NCBI GenBank assembly: GCA_008369845.1
Contig: MRSU01011332.1
Span: 1 to 34,018 of the forward strand
Direction of reading: 5' to 3'
DNA length: 34,018 bases
DNA from: Trichomonas gallinae
Lineage: Eukaryota
Below, in pieces: positions 32,052-34,018 of this stretch. The position numbers and the translations under genes were made by a program. The notes under the pieces are model-generated. The model saw nothing but the letters and a program-made list of their open reading frames with translations. It was not told where the DNA came from and did no database searches. Position 1 is the first letter of the stretch. Each line of letters starts with the position of its first letter.

Positions 32052-33086
32052 TTAAACCTGTGGATGTGATTCAGCGCCATCAGCTTCCTTCTTATCAGAG
32101 GAAGATGATGTAGATGAGGAATCCTTCTTCTGTTCTTCAGGCTTGTTTTCATCTTCAGCCCTGTTATCCTCAGCCTTGTTAGGATCTTCTTCAGCTGAGA
32201 CTTTGTTTGGCTTAGATTCGAAATGAACGAACAAGAAGACAGCGACTGGGATGCAGACGAAGCCGACAAGGTAAAGCCAGCTCTTATCACCGTTGAATAC
32301 CAAAATATCGATGAGTAATGAGTAGAAGTTTGAGGTTAACATCGAAATATTGAAAACAGAAGCATTTGAGTGTTCAAGAACAATAGGTACAGATAAGTAG
32401 AACATTGCTAATAACAATGCATAGCCTAGCATGAGTAAAATTGATTTGTAGTTCCAATTGAAATTCTTAATCAACTTATGTTCAACGGATCCAGTAAGAA
32501 TTGCGCCCCAAAGCATTGTTACAAGAGAGTATCTAGAAACATAGACTCTCTTAGAGTCATCTTTGATGAGTTTTTCTTGTAAAACTGATGAAATTGCGTA
32601 AAGAATGGCACTCAATAATGACAAAAGGTTGCCTTTAAGATGCGATCCTTCTGTACCTTGTGCAACAAGAACCATTGAGACACCAACAATAGCGATAACC
32701 ATAGCAATTGCTTGGATCCAATTAATTTTTCTTCCAAAAACGAAGTATGAAATAGGAGCGACCCAGAAAATAACAGTAGTAACGAGAAGCATGGCGGATG
32801 CGAGTGATGTATAGTTATAAGCGGCGACAGCTGTCCAGTCATCAGCAACACCAATAGTGCCAACAATGATCCAGGCCCACCATGGTGTCTTAGATGGTCT
32901 CCACATCCATACAGTAATCAAAAACATTATCGAATAACAACAAAACAGGGTCAGAATTGGAACAGTGTCACCTGAGATTGTGTACTGGAATGAGAGAACA
33001 GTGCCTGCACCACTCAATATGAGGGAGCAGATCTGCCAGCCGACCATAACTCCCCATATATTCCCTAAGAATCTGTCACAAACCAT
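32052..33086 (-). CDS. SLC35F1/F2-like (DMT/EamA superfamily) transporter
   Basis: About 10 TM helices; AYNYTSLASAMLL, GNLLSLLSAILYAISSVLQE and ASVFNISMLTSNFYSL motifs; acidic C-terminal tail. Confidence 0.88.
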   Translation of the reverse strand: MVCDRFLGNIWGVMVGWQICSLILSGAGTVLSFQYTISGDTVPILTLFCCYSIMFLITVWMWRPSKTPWWAWIIVGTIGVADDWTAVAAYNYTSLASAMLLVTTVIFWVAPISYFVFGRKINWIQAIAMVIAIVGVSMVLVAQGTEGSHLKGNLLSLLSAILYAISSVLQEKLIKDDSKRVYVSRYSLVTMLWGAILTGSVEHKLIKNFNWNYKSILLMLGYALLLAMFYLSVPIVLEHSNASVFNISMLTSNFYSLLIDILVFNGDKSWLYLVGFVCIPVAVFLFVHFESKPNKVSAEEDPNKAEDNRAEDENKPEEQKKDSSSTSSSSDKKEADGAESHPQV

Positions 33087-33919
33087 GTGAGAAATGATAT
33101 GAACTAAATTAACATTTCAATTGGAGGATTCGCTGTCAAAAAAAATTATTTTGCAAAACAAATCATTTGAGGTCATTACATTATAATCCATGTATTATTT
33201 CAATATTGTTAAAAGCAGTCAAAATTATAAAGAAATTGAAAGATCCATTGAATATGTACAATTTCTCTTTATTTTTGCTGCTGGTATAGTTAGTATTCGC
33301 ATATTGTGTCATTTTTCCGCTACTTCATAAAAATTCAAACAATTTGTGTAAATTCTCCTGACATTATACGATGATTTATCCAGATGCAATTGTTGTTGTT
33401 TGTGTCGTTTTTAGCCCGATAACTCGAGTATTTCGCAATAAAAGCAAAATGTTTGAAATTCATTGGCCAACTTAAGGCTTTTTGATACGCAAATATATCC
33501 AACACAATATGTATAATTAATAGCTTGCGATATCATGGTAAACAATAAAAAATATTGTACTTGTGAAATTCGTTTAAATCCTTTCATAGTATTGTTCAAT
33601 GTTAAGAGTCTTTTCATATTATACAGAGACACTAGACTATGAAAATGAAAGGATCCATGCGGATTAAAGTTCAAGTTTGAGGAACCGATATGATTTTGAT
33701 CAGTTGACAGCTTAATTTATCAGATATTTAAGTTTTGCTCATGTATCTGATGCCATTTGTATTGATCCCATGCATTTTCTAAAGAATATAAATATATCTT
33801 TTTCAAATATTTCTCATCTAACGGACAATGCATTTTAAATTAGAATTGATGCTTTGCCAGGATAAACCTGGCAAAGCATTTGTATGTATTTGCTGATTGT
33901 TTTAATAAATATATATATT

Positions 33920-34018
33920 TTAGTGTGTTGGGATTGGTCCACGGCGGTAGACGCGCTTGACGTGGTTGCCGCAGTCAACGATGGAGTGGTTGTCACGGAG
34001 CTCCTTGAACTGCTCGAA
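33920..34018 (-). CDS. RPL10: 60S ribosomal protein L10 (uL16), 3' end only
   Basis: Minus strand reads FEQFKELRDNHSIVDCGNHVKRVYRRGPIPTH*, resembling the eukaryotic L10 C-terminus (G..VK…RGP); strong C-ending codon bias of a highly expressed gene. Confidence 0.75.
   Translation of the reverse strand, partial: FEQFKELRDNHSIVDCGNHVKRVYRRGPIPTH

Overview
AT-rich eukaryotic genomic DNA, most likely Trichomonas vaginalis or a close parabasalid. The basis is intron-less genes, TCAY(T/A) initiators and AAAGTGAC motifs just upstream of ATGs, and typical expanded gene families. The window holds two tRNA genes (Phe-GAA truncated by the window edge; Gly-TCC) and about 16 protein genes: a PPP phosphatase, three kinases (two CAMK-group, one CK1), R2R3 Myb, ankyrin-CaaX protein, syntaxin-like SNARE, tandem RUN-like protein, Tvp15/COPI-associated protein, type I surface protein, Ubl-domain protein, bromodomain-like protein, Cdc25-like phosphatase, SLC35F-like transporter, the 3' end of RPL10, and one gene split by a homopolymer frameshift. 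There is also a decayed M60-like metallopeptidase pseudogene and a kinase relic. The most unusual signal is non-coding. Two ~430-480 bp intergenic loci (about 11935-12430 and 25356-25868) each hold a tandem series of long, mutually unrelated hairpins, several with ~27-bp stems, enclosed by an outer inverted repeat. They share short flanking motifs (AAAAGTGACAGAA, TACATCCA, TTACDTGTCA). I cannot assign them to a known RNA or transposon family from sequence alone. Family assignments come from motif recognition by eye, not database searches.
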